DNA of 64,000 nt from NCBI GenBank assembly GCA_029564765.1, contig JAKQPK010000023.1, forward strand, positions 87,084-151,083, read 5' to 3'. Source of the stretch: Candidatus Omnitrophota bacterium. Its GTDB lineage: Bacteria > Omnitrophota > Gorgyraeia > Zapsychrales > Aceulaceae. The position numbers and the translations under genes are program-made. Positions 33,092 to 42,740 of this stretch are shown piece after piece. Below the pieces are notes generated by a model. That model saw only the letters and a program-made list of their open reading frames with translations. It searched no databases and had not been told where the DNA came from. Position 1 is the stretch's first letter. Each line of letters starts with the position of its first letter.

Positions 33092-33120
33092 ATTTTACCT
33101 TCACCTCCTTTCATTGTCAA
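33092..33120 (-). promoter_or_regulatory. sigma70-type promoter of the pilin gene
   Basis: TTGACA-17 nt-TAAAAT; a second extended -10 (TGCTATACT) lies at 33159-33167. Confidence 0.7.
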
Positions 33121-33216
33121 ACCTGTTTTAGCTTTTATTTCAAACACCCTTCAATGTAAGTATAGCACTTGAAGAAAAGAATTGACTGAAAAGATCGTGG
33201 AAAGGTTTTTGCAGGA

Positions 33217-34248
33217 CTATCTTTGGGTGAAGGTTTTCTCGAGGGATCTTTTCTGGCGATCCAAACTTTTGAGAAGGGCCTGAAGCCTGAGCGATTCCTT
33301 ATTAAGATCGTGATTTGCTTTCTGAAGATTATCGATATCAGATCGTAATAAAAGAATTGCCGGGCTCGCAGGGGCCTTGCGTATCGCTTGCCATTCTTTT
33401 CTTTTGGCGTTGAGCAATTCCTGAAGATCCTCGAGGACGGCCTGAGAGGCGACGAGAGTATCAGAGCCCTCATCAGACCCCTCCTTAGAAAAGGAGGCCG
33501 CGAGAATCTTTCCCTGCTTCTCAACAGCCGCTATTTTTTCTCTTGTACTCACCACTTCTGCTTTTAAATGTTGTCGGTCAAGGTTCGCACAGTTGTAAGC
33601 CAAATAACTATCAATGGCCTGTCGGCTAGCAGTTCTCACATCTTGCCCGAGTCGTTGCCATCCTTGATCCTGAGCGCTAAACCAAGCATCCACCCTACTT
33701 TGACCTTCATCAAGGTAGGCGTTTAGCTGCTGATCTTTTTGTTGGCGAGTAAAGAAACTTTTCTCAATGCCTTCAATGTCTTTCGTAGACTGAGATATGG
33801 TCTTTTGCAGCTCCCGGCTCAATTCTTTTTCCTTGTTAATAGAATTCGCAAGGCTCGCTTTCTCTTGGATCAGGGTCAAATATTTCTTATCAAGATTCCC
33901 AGATTGCTCAAGAAAAAACAGCATTTTCTCCTGGTGATCATTCAGCAAGGCTTCAAGTTCCCTTGATTGAGAGCTCAACAAAACAAGATCTGACAAAAAA
34001 CCATACGCCTGCTGATTTAAGTTCTGGATGGAAGTCTTAAGGCGCATATTCTCAGTTGAAAGCAAGGCATTTGTCCTCTGCAGATCCTTTGTGGCTTGAT
34101 CAAGAGCTTCTAGCCCATGATACCAGCGATCAGCCAGGCGAAAAGGGGCCTGTGCACTATCGAGAGGCTGAGCAAAAGCGCTGGATGCTGCTAGCCATGA
34201 TCCTATTAACAAAAAACAAATCAAACGCACGTTGATCCCTCGCTTCAT
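33217..34248 (-). CDS. Exported coiled-coil hypothetical protein in the pilus operon
   Basis: 343 aa; Sec signal ending AFA/QP; long Leu/Gln/Glu heptad runs; starts 1 nt after the pilC stop. Confidence 0.75.
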   Translation of the reverse strand: MKRGINVRLICFLLIGSWLAASSAFAQPLDSAQAPFRLADRWYHGLEALDQATKDLQRTNALLSTENMRLKTSIQNLNQQAYGFLSDLVLLSSQSRELEALLNDHQEKMLFFLEQSGNLDKKYLTLIQEKASLANSINKEKELSRELQKTISQSTKDIEGIEKSFFTRQQKDQQLNAYLDEGQSRVDAWFSAQDQGWQRLGQDVRTASRQAIDSYLAYNCANLDRQHLKAEVVSTREKIAAVEKQGKILAASFSKEGSDEGSDTLVASQAVLEDLQELLNAKRKEWQAIRKAPASPAILLLRSDIDNLQKANHDLNKESLRLQALLKSLDRQKRSLEKTFTQR

Positions 34249-34249
34249 A

Positions 34250-35458
34250 CTAACGGATAGCTGATGTTAAGCTAATGATCGGTAAAAATAACGCGATAAC
34301 GATGAACCCGACAACGATCCCCAGAAAACCAATGATCAAAGGTTCGATCATGCTGGTCAATCCAGCGACAGCCGCGTCAACTTGGTCCTCGTAGAATTCA
34401 GCGATCTTTGTCAACATGGTATCAAGTTTTCCTGTCTTCTCTCCGACGGAAATCATGCGTGTAACCATCTGCGGAAAAACACCGCTTTGGATCAACGGTT
34501 CAGAAATACTTTCTCCTTCTTGAATATGTTTTGCCGCATCCTCGACCGTTAGCTCAATAACACGGTTTCCAGAACTCTTCCCAACAATGTCCAACGCCGT
34601 TAAAATAGGCACGCCGCTTTGAATCAAGGTCGCCAATGTACGACTAAACCGGCTCAATGCAACCTTTTGGATCAGCGGCCCAAAGATAGGAAGTTTTAAG
34701 CTTATCCTATCTATCTGGAGGCTTCCAGCTTGAGTCTTTTTATAATTCACAAAAAAAACAAAACCAGCGATCCCTGCTAAGACCAACCATAAAAAGCTAG
34801 CCTTCAGATTATCGCTAATAAAAATAAGGATCTGCGTCATTCCCGGCAACTCTTTGCCTAAGGACTCGTAGATCCCCTTAAATGTTGGAACAACTTTTAC
34901 AAGCAAAAGCACTGTGATCAGAACCGCCATGGTGATGACAACGGCTGGATACACCATGGCAGACTTCACTTTGTTGCGAAGCTTTAGCGCTTTCTCCATA
35001 TAGCCAGCGATACGATCCAATAAAGCGCTCAAAGCCCCTCCTGTTTCTCCAGCCTTCACCATGCTGATAAATAAACTGTCAAAAACTCTTACGTGCTTGG
35101 AGAATGAAGCTGAGAGACTATTACCAACAGAAACATCTTCACGAACAGCGCTGATCACACTTTTAAAATATTTCTGGGTCACTTGCTCTTCCAGAGCTTC
35201 CAAGCTTTGCAAGATAGGGATCCCAGCATCGATCATCGTTGAGAGCTGTCGAGTAAAGATCACAAGGTCTTCTGATTTAACCTTTTCTTCGCCAACTGAA
35301 AAATCCTTCAAAGAAAAGCCCCGGTCTTCTTCAACTGAAATAATGATCAAGCTTCGCTTGCGTAACTCCTTAATGACAAGTTCCTTGCTTTCGGCCGTAA
35401 CTTTTCCAGTAACGGTCGTTGCGTTCTCGTCTTTTGCGATGTATTTGAATTTTGCCAT
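34250..35458 (-). CDS. pilC: Type IV pilus platform protein PilC (GspF family)
   Basis: FTRQLSTMI.AG, AGE.GG.L, SAMVYP and GE.TG.LD.ML motifs. Confidence 0.93.
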   Translation of the reverse strand: MAKFKYIAKDENATTVTGKVTAESKELVIKELRKRSLIIISVEEDRGFSLKDFSVGEEKVKSEDLVIFTRQLSTMIDAGIPILQSLEALEEQVTQKYFKSVISAVREDVSVGNSLSASFSKHVRVFDSLFISMVKAGETGGALSALLDRIAGYMEKALKLRNKVKSAMVYPAVVITMAVLITVLLLVKVVPTFKGIYESLGKELPGMTQILIFISDNLKASFLWLVLAGIAGFVFFVNYKKTQAGSLQIDRISLKLPIFGPLIQKVALSRFSRTLATLIQSGVPILTALDIVGKSSGNRVIELTVEDAAKHIQEGESISEPLIQSGVFPQMVTRMISVGEKTGKLDTMLTKIAEFYEDQVDAAVAGLTSMIEPLIIGFLGIVVGFIVIALFLPIISLTSAIR

Positions 35459-35493
35459 TACATTTTTCTCCCTATTTTAAAAGCTGACGCTAA

Positions 35494-37200
35494 TCAATCT
35501 TCTGAGGTAACACGCAAAACCTCCTCGACTGTTGTCTTGCCGGACACAAGCTTTTCAACAGCGTCCTCCCACAAGGTTGTCATGCCTTTTTTCATTGCAT
35601 AATCTTTAATAGCCGATGACGATGTTCCTTTGATCAGCATTTCACGGACAGCCTCATCGACTTCTAGAACCTCTAAGATGCCCATACGGCCATAGTATCC
35701 GGTGTGACGACAAAAATCACAACCTTTCGCGGTAAACAATGCCGTTTCCGGCTTGATACGCGTCGCGAAACCTTTGAGAACATGATCAGGAATATCCGCG
35801 GGCTCTTTGCATTTAGGACAAAGTGTCCTGCACAAACGCTGCGCGCAAATCGCAATAACACTTGATGCAACCAAAAAAGATTCAACGCCCATATCCACAA
35901 GACGCGTTAAAGCGCCGGCTGCGTCATTAGTATGCAAAGTAGACAGGACAAGCTGTCCTGTTAAGGATGCCTTGATCGCAATATCTGCTGTTTCTGAGTC
36001 GCGGATCTCTCCCAGCATAACAACGTCAGGACTTTGACGCAAGATGGCACGCAACCCAGAAGCGAATGTCAAGCCAATGTCTGATTTGATCTGGATCTGA
36101 GTCAAGCCATCGACCAGATACTCAACAGGATCTTCAACGGTAATAATATTCTTATCCGGAGTATTCAACTGGCTTATGATCGAATAAAGTGTCGTTGATT
36201 TTCCGCTTCCCGTAGGACCGGTCACAAGGATCATGCCAAAAGGTCGCGCGATCGACTCCTTAAGTCTCTGGGCGGGCCCTGGAGAAAAACTTAGACCATC
36301 AAGCCCCATCGAAAGATTCATTTTGTCTAAAATACGGATAACCACTTTTTGTCCGTAGGTCGTCGGAAGAAGCGATACGCGAAAATCAACTTCGCGAGAT
36401 TGTAGGCGCATTTTAAAGCGTCCATCTTGGGGTATCTGCATCTCCGTAATGTCAACACCAGACATGATCTTGATACGAACGATGATGGCGTTCTGGTTCA
36501 CCTTAGGAATGCTCAAAACCTCCTGCAGAACTCCGTCAACCCGATAACGAACACGCGCATCCGATTCCGCGGGCTCGATGTGGATATCCGAAGCCCGCTG
36601 CTTAATGGCCTCACGGATGATCAGATCGACCATGCGCACAATAGGCGCCTGACCGCTTTCTTCCACATTGATCGCGGCGAACTCCTGAGCGCCTTTATCG
36701 TCTACGACTTGAAAATCTTCCGTATCAATGTCGCGGCTGACCTCAGCGACACTTTGGATGTCGGCTGAACCATAATATTCATCGATCGCTTGCGCGATCT
36801 TCGCATTTTCGCTCAAGACAACATCGACGTTCCTGCCTGTCAAAAGCTTTAGATCGTCAATGGCAAAAATATTAAACGGATCCGATAATGCAACGGTCAC
36901 GGTATTGCCCAACCTCGATATAGGGATGATATGATATTGTCGCGCGATTTTCTCAGAAATGATCTCTTTAAGATTAGGATCGATCTTATATTTTGCGAGA
37001 TTAATAGTCGGGATATTGAGCTCCCGAACCAAAAGGCTTAATAAGTCTTGCTCAGAGATCAGGCCTTTTTCAATAAACGCTTTTTCCAGGCTGATGGATC
37101 TCTTTTTGTGGAGCGTGACGGCCTCTTCTACATCTTTTTCTTTAATGTGATGCAGCTGTGCGAGCGCTTCAAAAACTTTTTCCTTGATCGTTTTGGCCAT
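35494..37200 (-). CDS. pilB: PilB/GspE family assembly ATPase, paralog A
   Basis: ASDIHIEP, PQDGR, Walker A GPTGSGKS, EDPVEY, LRQSPD.....E and tetra-Cys CPKC/CDFC. Confidence 0.88.
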   Translation of the reverse strand: MAKTIKEKVFEALAQLHHIKEKDVEEAVTLHKKRSISLEKAFIEKGLISEQDLLSLLVRELNIPTINLAKYKIDPNLKEIISEKIARQYHIIPISRLGNTVTVALSDPFNIFAIDDLKLLTGRNVDVVLSENAKIAQAIDEYYGSADIQSVAEVSRDIDTEDFQVVDDKGAQEFAAINVEESGQAPIVRMVDLIIREAIKQRASDIHIEPAESDARVRYRVDGVLQEVLSIPKVNQNAIIVRIKIMSGVDITEMQIPQDGRFKMRLQSREVDFRVSLLPTTYGQKVVIRILDKMNLSMGLDGLSFSPGPAQRLKESIARPFGMILVTGPTGSGKSTTLYSIISQLNTPDKNIITVEDPVEYLVDGLTQIQIKSDIGLTFASGLRAILRQSPDVVMLGEIRDSETADIAIKASLTGQLVLSTLHTNDAAGALTRLVDMGVESFLVASSVIAICAQRLCRTLCPKCKEPADIPDHVLKGFATRIKPETALFTAKGCDFCRHTGYYGRMGILEVLEVDEAVREMLIKGTSSSAIKDYAMKKGMTTLWEDAVEKLVSGKTTVEEVLRVTSED

Positions 37201-37205
37201 TATTT

Positions 37206-38933
37206 CTATACTTTCTCATCTACGGCTGTCACCCGGACAACTTCTTCTATCGAGGTAAGTCCCACCGCGGCTTTTAACAAAGCATCTTCGCGCATTGTTA
37301 CCATACCTTCCTGTCGAGCCATTTCTTTTATCTTCATTTCCCCTGCATGGTCAAGGATCAGCTTTTTAACAGTGGGTGAAAGCAGCATGACCTCCGTTAT
37401 GCCCACCCGCCCTCGATATCCAAGATCGAAACAATGTCGGCACCCTTTGGCCTTAAAGAATGTTGGTTTATGTTCGAGCTTCATCGTTGAGAGGCCGAGC
37501 TTTTGGACTAAGTAATCTGGGACATCATAAGGCTCTTTGCATTTATCGCACAGCTTACGCAAAAGCCTCTGAGCAACAATGGACAAAACAGACGAACAAA
37601 TAAGAAAAGGCTCAATGCCCATATTCATCATACGAATAATGGACCCAGCGGCTGTTGTGGTATGCAGCGAACTTAAAACTAAGTGTCCCGTAAGGGCCGC
37701 CTTCACCGCCACGTCCAAAGTTTCAAAATCCCTGATCTCCCCGATCATGACAACATCAGGATCCTGGCGCAAGATCGCCCTTAAGGCTGAGGCAAAGGTC
37801 AGGTTGACCTGGGGCTTAATATTAACCTGATTGATCCCTTTCATCTGGTATTCGACCGGATCCTCAACCGTTACAATGTTCTTTTCGGTGGAGTCAATAA
37901 ACTTTAGAACAGAGTACAAGGTTGTTGTTTTCCCGCTTCCAGTCGGCCCGCAAGTCAGGATCATGCCGTGGGGTTTACGTGCGCATTCGCGTAAAACATC
38001 CAATGCTTTCGCGTTAAATCCTAATTTAGTCAGATCTAGCATAGCCGCGTTCTTATCTAAAACTCGCAAGACAACTTTTTCTCCAAAAGCTGTCGGCAGA
38101 ACGCTGACGCGGAAGTCAACCTCTCTCTTTCGGTCTGTCACAGCCTTGAAACGTCCGTCCTGAGGAAGGCGATGCTCAGAAATATCCAGATTGGACATGA
38201 TCTTGATACGGGAGACGACAGGAAAATGGAGCGTTTTTGACATCCGATCAACTTCGCGAATGATACCATCAACACGATAGCGAATGCGCAACGCTTTCTG
38301 TAAAGGCTCAACGAAAATATCGCTGGCTTTCGCAGCAATAGCCTGACGAATGATCGCATCCGTCAATCGGATCGTTGGCGCGTCCTCAGCCAAATTCTCG
38401 ATCTTCTCTTTGTCGATCTGCTTTTGACCTTCTTTGACAAGCTCCATCTCTTCCAAGCTTGAAATATCTTTCATAATATCTTCAAAGGCTTGCATTGCAT
38501 CTTCAGAATAAAAAATACCGATCGCCCTCTCGATCTCTTTAGCAGAAGCTGCAACGCCACATACCTTAAGACCTGTCAACGCATTAATATTGTCGATCGT
38601 TAGCACATCAGAAGGATTAGCCATAGCCAAAAAAAGCGTCCGGCCCAAACGAATAATAGGGACAACTTGATAATTAATGATCACGGATTTTGGCAGGATA
38701 TCAAGGACTTGCTTTTCAACTCTGGCATCAGCGATATCAAAAGATTGACGGCCGATTTTGTCAAGCATCGCTGAAACTAATTTGCTTTCTGAAACAGTAT
38801 CTGATTGAATAAGGATATCCATGAACAGAAGGTTGTCCGCTTCGGCGGTGGATACCGCGCGATCTAACGAAGCGTCATCTACGAGCTTTGCTTCCAGCAG
38901 AAAGCTTTTTAGATATTCAACGGGCGAGAACAT
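37206..38933 (-). CDS. pilB: PilB/GspE family assembly ATPase, paralog B
   Basis: RLPQDGR, Walker A GPTGSGKT, EDPVEY, LRQDPD..MIGE, TGHLV and tetra-Cys CDKC/CRHC. Confidence 0.88.
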   Translation of the reverse strand: MFSPVEYLKSFLLEAKLVDDASLDRAVSTAEADNLLFMDILIQSDTVSESKLVSAMLDKIGRQSFDIADARVEKQVLDILPKSVIINYQVVPIIRLGRTLFLAMANPSDVLTIDNINALTGLKVCGVAASAKEIERAIGIFYSEDAMQAFEDIMKDISSLEEMELVKEGQKQIDKEKIENLAEDAPTIRLTDAIIRQAIAAKASDIFVEPLQKALRIRYRVDGIIREVDRMSKTLHFPVVSRIKIMSNLDISEHRLPQDGRFKAVTDRKREVDFRVSVLPTAFGEKVVLRVLDKNAAMLDLTKLGFNAKALDVLRECARKPHGMILTCGPTGSGKTTTLYSVLKFIDSTEKNIVTVEDPVEYQMKGINQVNIKPQVNLTFASALRAILRQDPDVVMIGEIRDFETLDVAVKAALTGHLVLSSLHTTTAAGSIIRMMNMGIEPFLICSSVLSIVAQRLLRKLCDKCKEPYDVPDYLVQKLGLSTMKLEHKPTFFKAKGCRHCFDLGYRGRVGITEVMLLSPTVKKLILDHAGEMKIKEMARQEGMVTMREDALLKAAVGLTSIEEVVRVTAVDEKV

Positions 38934-38936
38934 ATA

Positions 38937-39380
38937 TTATCCATAATGTTTCTTGATAGCCGCGCGCACATCTGTCGCCGTGCTGACAAAAGCCTGAACG
39001 GAACAATGCGTCAGCGCCTCAACTTCTTCAATGGAGCCTGTATGCAAAGGATTGGCCATGGCCAAGGTCAAGCTAGCTCCGATCTTATCAATTGGTATCA
39101 GGCAATGCTGACGGCAGACGTCAGCAGAAACAGCTGACAAAACCTCGGGCTCTATCTCATAGTTGGATAACGGAAGATAAGGAAAACCGTACTGGGATGT
39201 CAAGGCCTGAGCAATATCCTCTTCCGAAGCGTACTTAAGGAACATCAGCGCCTCTCCCAGCAGGCCACCTTTCTCCTTCTGATACTCAATGGCTTCCTGC
39301 AACTGGTGGACATTGATCACTCCACGCTCTACAAGAAGATCCCCGATAAATTTTGGATTAATTCGCTTATATCCTTGCAT
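38937..39380 (-). CDS. Stand-alone MshEN/GspE N-terminal domain protein (no ATPase domain)
   Basis: IGDLLVERG.I...QL.EA..YQ-x5-LLGEAL.....SEEDI..AL tandem motif followed by the IP......LTLAMANP N1 domain; 147 aa with its own stop. Confidence 0.8.
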   Translation of the reverse strand: MQGYKRINPKFIGDLLVERGVINVHQLQEAIEYQKEKGGLLGEALMFLKYASEEDIAQALTSQYGFPYLPLSNYEIEPEVLSAVSADVCRQHCLIPIDKIGASLTLAMANPLHTGSIEEVEALTHCSVQAFVSTATDVRAAIKKHYG

Positions 39381-39451
39381 AAGAAACCATATTGGTCTTT
39401 ATATTATCGCATGAATGGATTATTTTCATATAAAACATTAAAAATTTCAAA

Positions 39452-40558
39452 TCAAAACATTTTTCGCTGACGGGCCAAGCTCAACAAAAAACCAAACATC
39501 AAGATGCATACCAGAAAAGACGAACGTCCGTAGCTCACGAACGGCAAGGTGATCCCAACGATAGGACAAAGGCCCAGAACCATGCCAATATTGATGATAA
39601 CCTGAAGGGCAAAGATCGCAACGATGCCTGCCCCCGCCAAGTGGCTAAATTTTTCTTTAGTTTGCTCAACGGCGCGGAGCCCGGACAGGATCAACAGATA
39701 AAAACAAACAACGACAATAACGCTGCCGACAAAACCCCATTCTTCCCCGATCACGGAGAAAATAAAATCCGTATGTCGTTCTGGCAAGAAATTCAGCTGA
39801 TTTTGAGTCCCCGAAAGCCATCCTTTGCCAAAAATCTGACCAGATCCGATAGCGATCTTGGATTGAATAATGGTATAGCCAGCCCCTAATGGATCGACAT
39901 TGGGATTCAAGAAAACAAGCAATCGATCCTTTTGATAAGGCTTCATCATATGCCACAATATCGGCATCGCTAAAAGACACACGCCCAAGAACCCTCCCAA
40001 ATGCTTGGTAGAAACCCCTGCTGCAAAAGCCATAACAAAAAAGATCCCAACCAGCAAAATGGCCGTTCCAAGATCTGGTTGCTTAAAGATAAGGATCGCC
40101 GGAGCGGCCGTCATCGCGAAAGGAATAAAGAAATCAGAAACGATCGCCGGCCTTGACCATGGATTATAAAAGGAAACCTTGGGTTTATGGTCGGTATAAT
40201 AACGCGCCAACGCCAAGATCAAGGAAAGCTTCATAAACTCAGAGGGTTGAAAATTAAAACCAAAAATTTCGATCCATCGCTTTGCACCTAAAGCGTAGTA
40301 TCCGAAAAGAAAGATCGCGACCAGTAAAAAAACGTTGATGCCATAAGCAATATACGCAAGGTCATAGTATCTGCGATGGTCAACACGCCCTAAAAAAAAG
40401 ATCGCGACTACACCTAGAATAGAGAAAACGAGCTGATTATAAAATACTTCCTGTGTGACACGTGAATTCTGAAAAGAGGCGCTAAAAAGAGCAAGCAAGC
40501 CAGAAACGATGATGATCATAAGGCTAACCCACATGGCTTTTTTGAGATCTGATAGCAT
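39452..40558 (-). CDS. rodA: SEDS peptidoglycan glycosyltransferase RodA
   Basis: GAKRW, QPSEF.K, QPDLGTA, LPERHTDFIF and LPFVSYG motifs. Confidence 0.96.
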   Translation of the reverse strand: MLSDLKKAMWVSLMIIIVSGLLALFSASFQNSRVTQEVFYNQLVFSILGVVAIFFLGRVDHRRYYDLAYIAYGINVFLLVAIFLFGYYALGAKRWIEIFGFNFQPSEFMKLSLILALARYYTDHKPKVSFYNPWSRPAIVSDFFIPFAMTAAPAILIFKQPDLGTAILLVGIFFVMAFAAGVSTKHLGGFLGVCLLAMPILWHMMKPYQKDRLLVFLNPNVDPLGAGYTIIQSKIAIGSGQIFGKGWLSGTQNQLNFLPERHTDFIFSVIGEEWGFVGSVIVVVCFYLLILSGLRAVEQTKEKFSHLAGAGIVAIFALQVIINIGMVLGLCPIVGITLPFVSYGRSSFLVCILMFGFLLSLARQRKMF

Positions 40559-42265
40559 CTAAAGGATTTCCAGGGCTTTCATTTCTTTAAGCAATTGCGC
40601 GCTAACACGGCACGCGTTATAACTAGATCCCCCATATTCTAAAAAAACACAGAATGCAATGCGTGTCTTTGCTGATGGGCAATATCCAACGAACCAGGCA
40701 TGATGTTCTTGATTCCCGGAAGACTGGGCTGTTCCTGTCTTGCCGAGAACGAGAAGGTCTTTCATGAAAACAGCGCGCGCCGTCCCTCCTTCGCCTGCGA
40801 CAGCCGCTCGCAAGCCCTCCTTAACTTGGTCTAAAATATTCTTCGGCAAATGAATAACGCGCGCTACTTGCCCCTGGGGTTGCGCATGGGCACCGATGGA
40901 TTGTGCGATATACGGTTGTATTTGGCGGCCATCTCGAGCAACGGTCGCGATCATGTTCACTATCTGGATCGGGGTCACCAAAAGATCACCTTGTCCAATA
41001 GAAAAATTGAGGGTGTCTCCCTTGCTCCATCGTCGAGCACGAAAACCATCTGGATGCGGAACATGGCCGCGTTCTTCATACGGCAGGTCGATCTTTGTAA
41101 AAACCCCTAACCCAAAAAGGCGGGCATACTCTTCCATCAGCTTAGGGCCAATGATAAGGCCTGTATTAAAAAAATAAACATTGCACGAATGACCAAGCCC
41201 CTGCGTAAAATCCTGAGCACCATGGGTATGGGAACAACGAAAGGCGCGATTTCCCAACGTATAAGACCCATGGCAAACAAAGGTCGTATGCGGATTGATC
41301 TTTTTTGTGTAAAGGCCAGCGATCGCTACCGGGATCTTGAACACAGACCCGGGAGGATACTGTCCCCGGATCGCCCGATTGAACAAGGGAGCGCGAGTAT
41401 CGGTAAAATATCGCACGCGATTGTTTGAGGCAGCCTCGCTCGCGAAATCATTAGGATCAAAGCTAGGCGCACTGACCATCCCCAGGATCGCCCCATCGTC
41501 TAAATTCATAACAATGATAACGCCTCGCTGCTCTCGCATCAGCGTCTGAGCTATCTGCTGGATACGCGCGTCAAGCGTGGTCATTACGTCTTCGCCTGGA
41601 TGAGCGACCTTCATACCTAAAACACGAACTTGCTGCCCTCGGTTATTCACCTCGATCTGAAGTCCACCATTGACACCTCTCAACATCTGATCATACTGCT
41701 CTTCGATGCCGGAATAGCCCATTACACCATCTATCGTGTAACCATATTCTTTAAGTCTTTCGATCCGTTCTTGGCTCATTTTAGCAACGTATCCTAGGAC
41801 ATGAGCCCCCGCTTCCCCAAAGGGATAATGCCTGCGAGATCGCACCTGAACGAGAAGGCCAGGAAAACGAAATTTATTCTCTTCTAAAATGATCGCTTTT
41901 TCCCGAGGAACATCCTCCGCGATCACAACAGGGGCGAACGATGCCGTTCTTTTTCTCTGATAGATCGCGTCTATCCTCCCTTGACCAAAGCCTAGGACGC
42001 TTCCCAAAAAAGAAAAGAGCTCATCTCTGTCCTGCAACTCTTGCGGGATGACCAAAACATCGAATGCGGCTAATGTATCAGCTAGGGCGATGCCGTTACG
42101 GTCCAGGATGCGCCCACGATTGGAATGCACGGGAACAACGCGGATACAATTGGAAACGCTCAATTGTTGATAGTATTCACCTTGAAAGATCTGAGTATAA
42201 CCCAAACCAACGATCAAGATGATAAAAGAGAATGTGATAATTACTTTGAAACTTTTAAGGCGCAT
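40559..42265 (-). CDS. mrdA: Penicillin-binding protein 2
   Basis: RGRILDRNG, SVFK (SxxK), SCN (SxN) and KTGTAQ motifs. Confidence 0.95.
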   Translation of the reverse strand: MRLKSFKVIITFSFIILIVGLGYTQIFQGEYYQQLSVSNCIRVVPVHSNRGRILDRNGIALADTLAAFDVLVIPQELQDRDELFSFLGSVLGFGQGRIDAIYQRKRTASFAPVVIAEDVPREKAIILEENKFRFPGLLVQVRSRRHYPFGEAGAHVLGYVAKMSQERIERLKEYGYTIDGVMGYSGIEEQYDQMLRGVNGGLQIEVNNRGQQVRVLGMKVAHPGEDVMTTLDARIQQIAQTLMREQRGVIIVMNLDDGAILGMVSAPSFDPNDFASEAASNNRVRYFTDTRAPLFNRAIRGQYPPGSVFKIPVAIAGLYTKKINPHTTFVCHGSYTLGNRAFRCSHTHGAQDFTQGLGHSCNVYFFNTGLIIGPKLMEEYARLFGLGVFTKIDLPYEERGHVPHPDGFRARRWSKGDTLNFSIGQGDLLVTPIQIVNMIATVARDGRQIQPYIAQSIGAHAQPQGQVARVIHLPKNILDQVKEGLRAAVAGEGGTARAVFMKDLLVLGKTGTAQSSGNQEHHAWFVGYCPSAKTRIAFCVFLEYGGSSYNACRVSAQLLKEMKALEIL

Positions 42266-42729
42266 TTTTTAAAGAAAAGGAACGCATAAGGTCCAATAGC
42301 CGTTGTTGTAATGATCTCTGGAATGGCCAGAAACCAAGCGATATCCCTAAATCCTCCCGAAGCGAAAAAAGCTGCTACAATATAAAGAATCGAAACATTT
42401 AAAGCGCTCAAAAAGAACGCAAGCGCAATCTTAAGATATAGAGCATCGATCTGAAAAATATATTTTTTAAGCAGCAAAACGATATAGGAAGAAATGATAA
42501 AAGAAAAAATATTAACGCCGAACACCCCTACCAAAAGACTGTCCTTAAGAAGCCCAGCTGCAACGGCAGCCCACAGACCATAACGCGAACCCCAGAACAG
42601 ATTGATAAAAATAACGAACAGGATCAGAAAGTTCGGCTTCACCCAGAAGCTGAAAACATGAAAAACACCTATCTCGATGAGAAAAAGCAGATAACAGCTT
42701 ATCAGGATCCATAAAGTTTTCTTGATCAT
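42241..42729 (-). CDS. mreD: Rod shape protein MreD
   Basis: Polytopic membrane protein with G.L.D and FG motifs between mreC and mrdA. Confidence 0.8.
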   Translation of the reverse strand: MIKKTLWILISCYLLFLIEIGVFHVFSFWVKPNFLILFVIFINLFWGSRYGLWAAVAAGLLKDSLLVGVFGVNIFSFIISSYIVLLLKKYIFQIDALYLKIALAFFLSALNVSILYIVAAFFASGGFRDIAWFLAIPEIITTTAIGPYAFLFFKKCALKVSK

Positions 42730-42740
42730 AGGATATCTTA

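Noticed and set aside
32948-33216. c-di-GMP riboswitch or sigma54 promoter in the pilin leader
   Set aside because: I could not find the GEMM-I GCAAA..GAAA..GACGCAAAG pattern or a TGGCA-N7-TTGC element; a sigma70 consensus is present instead. An Rfam scan would be the formal test.
33135-33524. Alternative-frame minus-strand ORFs (also 49347-49706, 55339-55683, 7414-7908)
   Set aside because: Nested in or overlapping better-supported CDSs, with no family signature.
38933-38940. The stand-alone N-domain gene as a frameshifted piece of the next PilB
   Set aside because: It is in the same frame but closed by TAA with a fresh ATG 3 nt later, and the downstream ATPase has its own complete N-terminal domain. 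A single-base nonsense error in a double-N-domain PilB cannot be fully excluded without reads.
28350-39380. Calling the cluster a type II secretion system or a mobile island
   Set aside because: PilM/N/O-type alignment genes and a highly expressed stand-alone type IVa pilin favour T4aP. No integrase, att repeats or tRNA junction were seen.
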